64,000 bases of DNA. It comes from an uncultured virus (IMG/VR IMGVR_UViG_3300009378_000006) (Duplodnaviria; Heunggongvirae; Uroviricota; Caudoviricetes). Made by a program: the position numbers and the translations under genes. How positions within the stretch are numbered: position 1 is the first letter of the stretch; each line of letters opens with the position of its first letter. The stretch lies in the IMG/VR virus record IMGVR_UViG_3300009378_000006; one strand, given 5' to 3'. Under the pieces are notes generated by a model that had not been told where the DNA came from, made no database searches, and was given only the letters and a program-made list of their open reading frames with translations. Positions 56,154-64,000 of this stretch are shown here, one piece after another.

Positions 56154-56955
56154 CGTCTTCCTCCTCGAAGATGCTCAGCGCCTCCTCCACGAGGGTGGGG
56201 GCGTGCTTGTCCAGGATGCGCCGCCAGCTGGGGTCCTCCAGCATGCGGGACACGAGGCTCCAGCACTGGTTGGCACGCTCCTGCGGCGGCGTCTTGCGGT
56301 CCGGGGCCTTGAGAGCCAGCATCGCCCCGTCGACGACCTTGCCCAGGTGGTGCAGCATGTCGGCGAAGGCGATGGCGGGCTGCCGCCTGTTGAACTTGGC
56401 CACCGCGCTGTAGCTGAGGTCCACGTCCTGGTAGTGGTCGAGGTCCTCGCAGATCTCCTCCACGCTGACCCAGACCTTGTAGTCCATGAATGGGGCCTTC
56501 TCGACCTCGCAGTCGAGGCACCAGCCGTTCTCCTCGATGGAGAGGCGGTGCTGGACGGCGACGCCGCCGTAGATGGTCCGGCACTTCGGGCAGATGAAGT
56601 CGGGGATGGTGATGTTCTCCCCGCACTCGCCGCGGCACACGGCGATCAGGGTGCTGTGCTTGCCCTCGCCCCGCCGCTCGTGGCCGACGGTGCCGCACTC
56701 GCACAGCGGGCACTCATCGCCCTCGTCCACGTCGAGCAGGTCGTACTTGGTGTACTTCTCCAGGGTGAAGGGCGCGTTGAAGACGGCGCAGAACTGCGCC
56801 TTCCGGAAGCGCGCCTGGGTCAGCAGGTTGTCGTTGGCCCAGTCCACCAGCACGTCGTGGTTGGGGTTGGTGACGCTGGTCAGGAAGTCGGGCACCGCCA
56901 CCACGACGGTCTCCCAGGTGTGGTCGTCGAAGGCGAGGATGTACTCAACGCGCAT
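56146..56955 (-). CDS. Cys-rich hypothetical protein
   Basis: CPLC, CRGEC, CPKC, CLDC. Confidence 0.65.
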   Translation of the reverse strand: MRVEYILAFDDHTWETVVVAVPDFLTSVTNPNHDVLVDWANDNLLTQARFRKAQFCAVFNAPFTLEKYTKYDLLDVDEGDECPLCECGTVGHERRGEGKHSTLIAVCRGECGENITIPDFICPKCRTIYGGVAVQHRLSIEENGWCLDCEVEKAPFMDYKVWVSVEEICEDLDHYQDVDLSYSAVAKFNRRQPAIAFADMLHHLGKVVDGAMLALKAPDRKTPPQERANQCWSLVSRMLEDPSWRRILDKHAPTLVEEALSIFEEEDDG

Positions 56956-57244
56956 CGTCATCCTCCAGGTCGAGCTCGTTGCACTTCCGGTCGATGTACT
57001 CCTGCTGCCGGCGCGCACGCCACTTGGAGAGCATGCCGAGGATGAGGAAGCACCACAGGGGGATGCAGATGACGCCGGAGACGATGATGCCCGCGAGGAC
57101 GCCGCGGTTGAGGATGAGCTCGGCCTCCCACTCGGGGCGGACGAGCCACAGGACGAAGCAGAAGATGGCGGACCACGAGATCAGGTGCCAGAAGGTGGCC
57201 ATGGTCATCATGAAGACGCGCTCGCCGTTGGTGCGGTACTTCAC
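56945..57244 (-). CDS. Small two-TM membrane protein
   Basis: Two hydrophobic segments; GTGA overlap. Confidence 0.6.
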   Translation of the reverse strand: MKYRTNGERVFMMTMATFWHLISWSAIFCFVLWLVRPEWEAELILNRGVLAGIIVSGVICIPLWCFLILGMLSKWRARRQQEYIDRKCNELDLEDDDAR

Positions 57245-57591
57245 TTCGACACCTCCAGGCCGATGACGAACCACAGCTCGTCACCGCCATCCTCCTCGTT
57301 GTAGGTGTGGTCCCAGTCCAGCGAGAGCTCCGTGGAGCAGTCGGGGCACGTCATCTCGAAGGTGGGTGCCGCGAGCTCGCAGATGGGCTCCTCGAGGTCG
57401 ACGAGGCAGTGGGGGCAGATCGGGGGCCACTTGAAGTGGTCCGAGCCCACGTGGGGGTTGTAGGCCTTGGCCTTGTCAGGCTCAGGCTTCTCCGTCTCCG
57501 GAGGCACCAGGGGCTTCACAGGGATCGGGCCGAGGCCCGTCCACTGCTCCAGCTCCTTGCGCATCTCCTTGTCGTCCTTGTCGCTCAACAT
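57241..57591 (-). CDS. Zn-ribbon protein
   Basis: CPHC...CPDC. Confidence 0.6.
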   Translation of the reverse strand: MLSDKDDKEMRKELEQWTGLGPIPVKPLVPPETEKPEPDKAKAYNPHVGSDHFKWPPICPHCLVDLEEPICELAAPTFEMTCPDCSTELSLDWDHTYNEEDGGDELWFVIGLEVSK

Positions 57592-57934
57592 CAGTCCTCT
57601 CCAGCCACTGGCGCCTCATGCGCAGGGCTTCTTGCAGGGTTTCGGGCACGTCCACCTCGTCCCGGTAGTTGCTCCCAGTGCAGGTGAAGCGCTGGCAGAT
57701 CCCGGGGCGGTTCTCGTAGTCGATGCAGCCCACGTCGGGCCGGTAGTTGCGGCAGAAGGCACGCCACAGGGTCGTGGGCTGCTCGTTGCCTGGGATGATG
57801 ACCTCGCTGTTCTCCTGCTGGGAGTAGATGACCAGCAGGGACTCGAACTCTGGGAGCATGTTGGGTCGGGTGCTGCCCCACACAGGCGGGAGGTAGATGT
57901 TGCGACAGCAGCGGCCACACTTCTGGCAGGTCAA
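57482..57934 (-). CDS. YkgJ-family Cys-cluster protein
   Basis: CQKCGRCC...C...GCIDYENRPGICQRF. Confidence 0.7.
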   Translation of the reverse strand: MTCQKCGRCCRNIYLPPVWGSTRPNMLPEFESLLVIYSQQENSEVIIPGNEQPTTLWRAFCRNYRPDVGCIDYENRPGICQRFTCTGSNYRDEVDVPETLQEALRMRRQWLERTDVERQGRQGDAQGAGAVDGPRPDPCEAPGASGDGEA

Positions 57935-58257
57935 TACTTGTTCACCTTCGGGTACGCCTCGTCGAGCCCGGGCCGGCCCTTCTCGTGGCGGATGAAGTGC
58001 TGCTTCGCTCCCGTGATGATCGGGGTCTTGTGTGCGTCGACCAGGTAGTCCGCGTAGGCGTGGGCCATCATGCGGCCGAGGTATTCGGCCTCGCGCGTGG
58101 TGGGGTGGTCTGGTGGGGCGTAGCGGTCGGCCTCCAGCTCCTCTTCGGCCTGGTGCAGTGAGGCTCCGCAGCTCTCGCAGGAGTCGAGCCCCTCTGCCTC
58201 GAGGAAGTCCTCGTAGAACTCGGCGGAGCAGTCGGGGCAGATGACGATGACGCTCAC
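57931..58257 (-). CDS. Zn-ribbon hypothetical protein
   Basis: CPDC...CESCG. Confidence 0.6.
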   Translation of the reverse strand: MSVIVICPDCSAEFYEDFLEAEGLDSCESCGASLHQAEEELEADRYAPPDHPTTREAEYLGRMMAHAYADYLVDAHKTPIITGAKQHFIRHEKGRPGLDEAYPKVNKY

Positions 58258-58709
58258 GGCATCCCCCTCATCAGCTCCTTGTAGTCGAAGGGGCTCCCCA
58301 GTGCGTTGACGACCGACACAGTCTCGCTGCTGAAGTCCTGGGGCTCATTGTTGCGGAGCTCCACCCACCTGGAGACCTCGATGCGGTCCATGACGAAGTC
58401 GATGCCCTCCTCCGTGGGACGGTACTCTCCCCGGCCCCTGCGCTCCAGCAGGCCCCAGTGGACGAGGTAGGACGCGTCCGTGGAGGACTTCCGGGTTCCT
58501 GCGGCGTCCAGGTCGCGGACGTGGGTCCACTCCCCGGTCCGCCGGTATTGCCTGACGAGGTGGATGAGGAAGGTGGCCATCTCCCGGTGGAGCTTCCGCC
58601 GGTAGACCTTGACGAAATGCCGGCAGCAGGGGCACTCCACCCCGTCGCGTGCGCGAGCGTCCACGTAGTCTCTGGCCTCCTTCAGGGGTGTCTTGGGCCC
58701 GAGGATCAT
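58254..58709 (-). CDS. Putative winged-helix DNA-binding protein
   Basis: CPCC then LVHWGLLE...GEYRPTEEG. Confidence 0.6.
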   Translation of the reverse strand: MILGPKTPLKEARDYVDARARDGVECPCCRHFVKVYRRKLHREMATFLIHLVRQYRRTGEWTHVRDLDAAGTRKSSTDASYLVHWGLLERRGRGEYRPTEEGIDFVMDRIEVSRWVELRNNEPQDFSSETVSVVNALGSPFDYKELMRGMP

Positions 58710-59347
58710 CGTGCCAGCCCCAGCAGCATGAGGGCGAGGTCGTTGGCCACGGCCTCACGCTCGGCCTCGTTGTCCAGGCAGGCTCCGTCGTTCCGGATGA
58801 GGGCAAGCAGGAGCTTGTTCGTCAGCCACTCCTCCTCGGTCTCCTCCCCCAGCTTCATGCAGGGGATGATGATGTTGGCCTTGCTGAAGTGGTCGAGGTC
58901 CTCCTCGAACTCGTCGATGGTGGCCGCCAGGCGCGTCACACGCTCGTCGGTGACGGAGGCCGGCCGCAGCTCGGCCAGGCGCGCCTTGAGCTCACGCAGG
59001 TTGTAGCCGAAGGCCTCCTTGGCGCCCTCGTCGTCGGGCGGCCGGGGGATGATGGTGTACACCAGCGTCGAGAGGGCCTCGGTGGTCTCGCTGTCCCACT
59101 CGTGGTCAGGGTCCCCGTGGGGGTGCAGGACCCCGTGCATCTGCTCGAGCACCCGCAGCATGAGGCGGCCTCTCGAGTAGTCCTCGGGGGGATCCAGGAT
59201 GCGGGGGTGCCCCTCGACGCCCGTGCGCTCCTTGATGTGCTCGGCGTGCCCCTGGATGAGGCACAGGGGACAGTATGCGGCGTTGTTGCGGGTGACGTAG
59301 GACGGCTGGTCGCCGTGCCTGGGGCAGTCAATCCTGGGGTGGTCCAT
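58706..59347 (-). CDS. Hypothetical protein
   Basis: SD GAGGAG; coupled ORF. Confidence 0.65.
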   Translation of the reverse strand: MDHPRIDCPRHGDQPSYVTRNNAAYCPLCLIQGHAEHIKERTGVEGHPRILDPPEDYSRGRLMLRVLEQMHGVLHPHGDPDHEWDSETTEALSTLVYTIIPRPPDDEGAKEAFGYNLRELKARLAELRPASVTDERVTRLAATIDEFEEDLDHFSKANIIIPCMKLGEETEEEWLTNKLLLALIRNDGACLDNEAEREAVANDLALMLLGLAR

Positions 59348-60284
59348 CGGACTCCTCCTCTCCTCCCACCGTGACGGTCAGGTTGACGAGCTCCACCGGC
59401 GTCGCGGGCAGGTAGACGGCCTTCAGGTGCTCGCCATCGTACTCGGTCTTCTCGAGCAGCATCTTGCCCACGTGGCGTCTGTGGCCGTCGGGGCCCACAG
59501 TCCAGACCTGCCCCGACCTGGGGTTCATCTCGCAGGCCTTGAGGTCCCACCAGGCCGCGAGGATCTGGTTGCCTGCGGCGCGCATGTCCTCCTCGGGCCG
59601 GGTCTCGTGGATGAACCGCTCGGCGGCGGAGCGCACGGTCTCGACGATGAAGTCGGAGATCCAGGACTCGAAGGCCTTGGGGTCCTCGGCCAGCGCCGCC
59701 TTGACGTGCTCGCACTCGTTGAAGCCCTTGCCGCAGACGTTGCAGGTGTCGACGAACTTCAGGGGCTTCAGCGTCTCCGCTCCCTGCGCGTCCAGCGCGT
59801 TCCCCATCCCCACGAGGATGGGACCCAGCAGCTGGTCGACCTCCTGGTCTCGGCTGTGCAGGTGTCTCGCGAGGGTGTCGCGGTGGGGCATGTCCTCGCT
59901 CTTCAGGGCCGCCTCGAAGGCGCTGGCGATCTCGCCCCAGCCCCAGATGAACGAGCCATCAGCACTGGTGCGTCTCTCCGGGAGCGGGTCGCGGGTGGGG
60001 GTCCAGTCCTCACCGCGGTACTGCACCAGGCCGGCGTCCCACTCGCTGTAGTGGTCGCTGGAGCGGTCGAAGAAGATGCGGTGCCGGACGAGGAACTCCT
60101 CGAGCTCCTCGAAGCGGCCATAGGAGGCCTCGGAGTTGCCGGCGTGGAAGTCGTCGCCCTCCTCGAAGGTGGAGTCGACCTCGTAGGGGTCGAAGTTCTC
60201 GATGATCATCTCGTGGATACGTGGGACGAGCCACTTGGGCACGTCCCCCCCGATGCAGATGCTGCCCCAGAAGCGCTCACCCAT
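59328..60284 (-). CDS. Hypothetical protein
   Basis: MGERFWGSICIGG...YGRFEELEEFL. Confidence 0.7.
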   Translation of the reverse strand: MGERFWGSICIGGDVPKWLVPRIHEMIIENFDPYEVDSTFEEGDDFHAGNSEASYGRFEELEEFLVRHRIFFDRSSDHYSEWDAGLVQYRGEDWTPTRDPLPERRTSADGSFIWGWGEIASAFEAALKSEDMPHRDTLARHLHSRDQEVDQLLGPILVGMGNALDAQGAETLKPLKFVDTCNVCGKGFNECEHVKAALAEDPKAFESWISDFIVETVRSAAERFIHETRPEEDMRAAGNQILAAWWDLKACEMNPRSGQVWTVGPDGHRRHVGKMLLEKTEYDGEHLKAVYLPATPVELVNLTVTVGGEEESDGPPQD

Positions 60285-61225
60285 CAGAGCACCGACCTTC
60301 TCGTCCCGGGCTTGGACGGAGCGCGCAGGTTGGGCGGCGGGACCATCAGCTCGACGGCCGCGATGTCGACGCCGGCCTTGGCCTGGACGCGGGCATGGAA
60401 GGTGTCGCGCTCGGTCCCCTCGTCGTAGCGGTAGGACAGCAGCTTCAGGGCCTTGTCCAGCCCCATCGCCTGCGCGTCCTCCAGGGCCTGGACGAGGTCG
60501 CGTGTGCTGAGCTGGTAGGCCATGTCACCGGAGCGGGTCTCCTGGGCGACGGACAGCATGGTGTCCACCCACTTCTCGTCGATGCCCGGCAGCACGGTCA
60601 TGGCGATGACGCGCTCGGGGGAGATGCCCTTGACCAGGTCGAGCTCGGGGTAGCCGACCCACAGCTGCCTGAAGCGGCTCTGGAGGTCCTCGTTGAGCGC
60701 GTACGTGCCGCCGTGGGCCGCGGGGTTCATGGTGCCGATGGTCCAGAGCTTGGCCTTCTTGGCGGTCTTGAAGACGCGGCCGAGGGAGGGGATGCTGACC
60801 TGGCGCTGCCAGTCGGCGAAGCTGTTCAGCCCCTTCTGGAGCTGGGGGGTGAGGCCGTTGATCTCGTTGAGGAGCAGCACCACGCCGGCGGGCTTGTCCG
60901 GGTCCGTGCTGTCCATGATCTCGTTGGCCACGTCGATGGCCGAGGTGAGGCACCCGAGGGTGAAGTAGATGTGGTCGCCTTCCATGCCCAGGGCGCCGTA
61001 GAGGTGCTTCTCGCGCGTGCCCTCGGTGCAGCCGAACTCGATGACGAGGTAGTTGTGCTGGGCCGCCCAGGCGTAGACGCCCATGGTCTTGCCCACGCCC
61101 TTGGGGCCGAAGATGATGAGGGGCCTGCCCTCGAGCAGGTCCAGCGCACCCAGCAGGCCCACGGCATCCACATACCCCGGGTCCTCCACGTGCAGGTCCT
61201 TGATGTCCAAACGACGAATCTCCAC
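60284..61225 (-). CDS. MoxR-family (CbbQ/NirQ/NorQ-like) AAA+ ATPase
   Basis: Walker A GPKGVGKT, Walker B LLLNEIN, GTMNP, LNEDLQSRF, LSTRDLV; SD AAGGAGG plus GTG at 61225. Confidence 0.9.
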   Translation of the reverse strand: MEIRRLDIKDLHVEDPGYVDAVGLLGALDLLEGRPLIIFGPKGVGKTMGVYAWAAQHNYLVIEFGCTEGTREKHLYGALGMEGDHIYFTLGCLTSAIDVANEIMDSTDPDKPAGVVLLLNEINGLTPQLQKGLNSFADWQRQVSIPSLGRVFKTAKKAKLWTIGTMNPAAHGGTYALNEDLQSRFRQLWVGYPELDLVKGISPERVIAMTVLPGIDEKWVDTMLSVAQETRSGDMAYQLSTRDLVQALEDAQAMGLDKALKLLSYRYDEGTERDTFHARVQAKAGVDIAAVELMVPPPNLRAPSKPGTRRSVL

Positions 61226-61321
61226 TGCCGTACCTCCTTGGCTGTTTGCAGCTACGTTCGAGTCTCTTATCCCCGAAACCCTCGCATATTTGATTACGCG
61301 CGAAGGGCACTTTGCGGGGTC

Positions 61322-61336
61322 GCGACAGACTGTCGC
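61322..61336. promoter_or_regulatory. Palindrome copy 7 (intergenic, divergent promoter region)
   Basis: GCGACAGACTGTCGC, 17 bp with C/G flanks. Confidence 0.8.
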
Positions 61337-61414
61337 GGGCGGCGCCTGGCTCGGACATGCGGACTGAGTATCAGAGGTCTGCACCAACTGGGGGTTGTTG
61401 TGTAAAGGAATCCG

Positions 61415-61444
61415 TTGACAACGCCTGCGACAGGACGGGATACT
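61415..61444 (+). promoter_or_regulatory. Possible sigma70-like promoter
   Basis: TTGACA-18 nt-GATACT. Confidence 0.4.
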
Positions 61445-61451
61445 CCCAGCG

Positions 61452-61808
61452 ATGGGCAACGACAATGGGCAGGTGAAAGAGGTCGGACAGGTCGGCACAA
61501 CCCCGCTGACCCGGAGCACCATGGCCACCCCCGCAGCCGTCGAGATCCTCGGCGGCCTCGTCGTCCGACAGCTCATCGAGTACGGCCACGTCACCTTCCG
61601 CATCAACCCGCCCGACGAGGGTGTCCACCTCATCGAGCCTTGGCGGGTCACCATCGACGGCGCGCCCCTGGCCATCCCACCTCACGCTCTGCTCGACGCC
61701 CTGACCGAAGAAGCCGCCATGGAGAAGATGATCCAGCAGGGGATGACCGACCAGGAGATCGTTCTGGCCCTGCAGGAGAGAGCCCGCCGCACCCACGTCA
61801 AGCAGTGA
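61452..61808 (+). CDS. Hypothetical protein
   Basis: High-GC3 ORF after the divergent gap. Confidence 0.55.
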   Translation: MGNDNGQVKEVGQVGTTPLTRSTMATPAAVEILGGLVVRQLIEYGHVTFRINPPDEGVHLIEPWRVTIDGAPLAIPPHALLDALTEEAAMEKMIQQGMTDQEIVLALQERARRTHVKQ

Positions 61809-61826
61809 GGCGGGGGAGGACTGGAT

Positions 61827-62072
61827 ATGCACCTCAACACCGCTGCTGCCCTCATTCTCGCCGCCGGCGTCCTCGCCCTCGGCTACTTCTGGCCGGCCAA
61901 GGCTGACCTGAACTCGGTCGTACCCTATGCCGCTCAGGGGTGGTTCGAGGTAGAGTGTTCGGACGTGGACTGCATCCGGTACAATCCGAGAACTGGGGAG
62001 AGCTGGATCATGGCGTGTCCGGGGGCGCCCAAGGGCTGCGAGTGGGATCCCATCGAGGTACGTGAGCCGTGA
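61827..62072 (+). CDS. Small exported Cys-containing protein
   Basis: SD GGAGG; signal-like N-terminus; four Cys. Confidence 0.55.
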   Translation: MHLNTAAALILAAGVLALGYFWPAKADLNSVVPYAAQGWFEVECSDVDCIRYNPRTGESWIMACPGAPKGCEWDPIEVREP

Positions 62073-62137
62073 CTACCGGCCGCCTTGCACCAACCGCCGG
62101 GCCGAGCTTCGGCGCGGACAGAAACAGGGAGTTCGAG

Positions 62138-63031
62138 ATGAGCATGGACATCGTGAAGCGCGGGGACCGCAACGACACCGTCAAGGAGCTGCAGCAGCGG
62201 CTCAACATCCACGGCCTCAACGCCGGGCGCCCCGACGGCATCTTCGGCCGCGGCACCGAGCGCGCGGTCAAGGACTTCTGCCGGAAGAACGAGCTCGTCT
62301 TCGACGGCACCGTCGGCCCGCACATCTGGGCCGTGCTACTCACGGACCCGCCCAAGACCGGCATGGAGCCGGACGTGGCCATCCCTGGCGGCTCCCGCCT
62401 CGCCCAGACCTGGAACAAGTACGGCAAGGTCCTGCAGGAGCAGGCCGTGGAGATGGGCGTGAGTCCCGCCGCCGTGCTGGCCGTGCTGCTCGTCGAGGCC
62501 GGGGGCATGGCCTTCGGCTACAAGGGCGCCCTGCTGGCCCGGTTCGAGAACCACGTGTTCTGGGACTACTGGGGCAAGAAGGGCAACGAGGCCAAGTTCA
62601 AGGAGCACTTCCGCTACAGCTCCGGCAAGCGCTGGACTGGCCACGAGGTGCGCTTCGAGGGCGGCGAGTGGGAGAAGTGCCACACCTCCCAGAAGCACGA
62701 GTGGAAGGTGCTGGCCCTGGCCGTGTCCCTGGACGCCGAGGCCGCCTACGACGCCACCAGCTTCGGGCTGCCCCAGATGATGGGGTTCAACGCGGAGACC
62801 TGTGGCTACGCCAACGCCGTGGCCATGGTCAACGCCTGGTCCAAGTCTGCGGCCGCGCAGATCGACGGCATGTTCGAGTTCATCGAGGCCAACCGCAAGA
62901 TGCACGCCGCGCTCAAGGCCGGCGACTACGTCACCTTCGCGCGCTACTACAACGGCCCGGGCAAGTCCGAGGACTACGGCGCCAAGATCGCCGACGCCGC
63001 GGCGCGCGCCAAGGCCGCGGGAGTGAGCTGA
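62138..63031 (+). CDS. Modular endolysin: peptidoglycan-binding domain plus N-acetylmuramidase (DUF3380-type)
   Basis: VKELQQRL...DGIFG..TE.AV..F...DG.VGP; VEAGG, RFENHVF, TSFGLPQMMGFN, FARYYNGP. Confidence 0.9.
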   Translation: MSMDIVKRGDRNDTVKELQQRLNIHGLNAGRPDGIFGRGTERAVKDFCRKNELVFDGTVGPHIWAVLLTDPPKTGMEPDVAIPGGSRLAQTWNKYGKVLQEQAVEMGVSPAAVLAVLLVEAGGMAFGYKGALLARFENHVFWDYWGKKGNEAKFKEHFRYSSGKRWTGHEVRFEGGEWEKCHTSQKHEWKVLALAVSLDAEAAYDATSFGLPQMMGFNAETCGYANAVAMVNAWSKSAAAQIDGMFEFIEANRKMHAALKAGDYVTFARYYNGPGKSEDYGAKIADAAARAKAAGVS

Positions 63032-63423
63032 TGGATCCCTGGGTCGTCGTACTACTGGTCATCGCCATCTGCGTGGGCGCTTCCATCGGGGTGCTCTACC
63101 TGATCCCCAGCACCCGGCCGTTCATCCAGAAGTGGTGGCCGGCCTTCCTGGTGGTGGTGCTGTCGCTCGTGGCAGCGGCCATGGCTGCGGCGGCCCGGAG
63201 CAAGAAGCCCACACGGCTGCAGACCGACCTGGACAAGAAGATCGAGAAGGCGAAGGAGGACATCACCGACGCCAAGATCGAGGCCGCCATCAAGCACGCC
63301 GAGGCTGCCTCCGTCCACGACCACGTGATCGCCGAGCTGGACGAGGCCAACAAGGTCCAGGACGTGTTCGCGCGCCACGCGGCGAAGCGGACGCTCCTGG
63401 AAGAGGCGAGGAGGTCGCCGTGA
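63031..63423 (+). CDS. Membrane protein with a coiled coil (holin or i-spanin-like)
   Basis: TGATG coupling to the endolysin; two TM segments then a coiled coil. Confidence 0.6.
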   Translation: MDPWVVVLLVIAICVGASIGVLYLIPSTRPFIQKWWPAFLVVVLSLVAAAMAAAARSKKPTRLQTDLDKKIEKAKEDITDAKIEAAIKHAEAASVHDHVIAELDEANKVQDVFARHAAKRTLLEEARRSP

Positions 63424-63980
63424 GCGCCGAGCCCCGAGGAGTGCTGGTCGAGATGGCGGTGATGTTCCTGCTGGTGCTGATCTGCGTGACCATCGGCGCG
63501 TGGCCGGTGCAGGCCCAGGAGGCGGAGGACTACGGCGAGGTCGTGGGCGAGGGCAAGGACACCGACCCCTTCACCGACGGCTTCGGCCCCCTCCCCCTGG
63601 CCTACCGCTGCCCCGACGAGCCGCACCCCGATCAGGGCTGCGCGCCGGGCATGTGGTACATCGGCTCGCTGTTCGGCGACACCGCCTTCGACCTGGCCAT
63701 CAAGCACGCCGCCGACGCGCGCAGGTACAAGATGGACTGGGACACCTGCGAGGAGGAGAAGCGGCGCATCGAGACGGGCATGGGCATCCAGCTCGACGCC
63801 CGCACCAAGCAGTTCGAGAAGGCCGAGCTCCGCGCCTACCGGGCGGAGAAGGCCCAGCCCATCCTCTTCGGGGTGGGCGTCGGCCTGGGTGTGGCTGCCA
63901 CCATCCTCATCGTCGCCCTGGTCGAGCGCACGAGTGACGAGCCAGCGGCGATGGAGCCAGCCTTCGGCGTGAGGTGGTGA
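63420..63980 (+). CDS. Spanin-like protein (signal peptide, coiled coil, C-terminal TM)
   Basis: GTGA overlap; MFLLVLICVTIGAWPVQA; PILFGVGVGLGVAATILIVALV. Confidence 0.5.
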   Translation: MSAEPRGVLVEMAVMFLLVLICVTIGAWPVQAQEAEDYGEVVGEGKDTDPFTDGFGPLPLAYRCPDEPHPDQGCAPGMWYIGSLFGDTAFDLAIKHAADARRYKMDWDTCEEEKRRIETGMGIQLDARTKQFEKAELRAYRAEKAQPILFGVGVGLGVAATILIVALVERTSDEPAAMEPAFGVRW

Positions 63981-64000
63981 TGTACTACTGGGACAACACC

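Noticed and set aside
12034..61336. Palindrome copies as CRISPR repeats or transposon ends
   Set aside because: They are kilobases apart, lie inside intact ORFs, and have no spacers, cas genes or transposase.
61226..61675. N-terminal extension of the AAA ATPase in the ORF track
   Set aside because: It runs through the divergent intergenic region and an opposite-strand gene; AAGGAGG plus GTG at 61225 is the better start.
236..63707. Many long overlapping or antisense ORFs (e.g. 35094..39422-, 20989..24087-, 15475..18249-, 43033..45438-)
   Set aside because: Shadow ORFs caused by high GC3. They are opposite well-supported genes, have biased composition and show no motifs.

Overview
This window is a GC-rich segment of a large, probably jumbo-class, contractile-tailed phage genome. 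I saw no tRNA, rRNA or CRISPR array. In order it contains: the 3' end of a probable RNA polymerase beta'-like gene; a baseplate spike; a 1934-aa multidomain polyprotein; a minus-strand RNase HII/ParB block; an intein-containing large terminase; a head module (prohead protease, scaffold/core proteins, major capsid protein); neck, a very large tail sheath and tube; a minus-strand block of small accessory genes bracketed by a MoxR AAA ATPase and a VWA protein; and a lysis cassette. Four signals stand out. (1) A K-x-[AGS] motif (EKTA/EKVA/KLA/KEAS), often preceded by an 'AFxDELxxI' helix, recurs across about 15 unrelated late proteins. It also falls at the domain junctions of the polyprotein, which suggests a capsid-targeting and prohead-protease processing code for injected cargo (ART-like, pyrophosphatase, LigD phosphoesterase, SWIM, glycine zippers). 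(2) Seven copies of a 15-bp palindrome, GCGACAGWCTGTCGC, sit mostly inside coding sequence and are candidate parS-like sites. (3) An HNH cassette inserted into the last codons of the sheath gene supplies a synonymously recoded replacement end. (4) The terminase intein begins with Thr. All functional calls come from motif recognition by eye; no searches were run.
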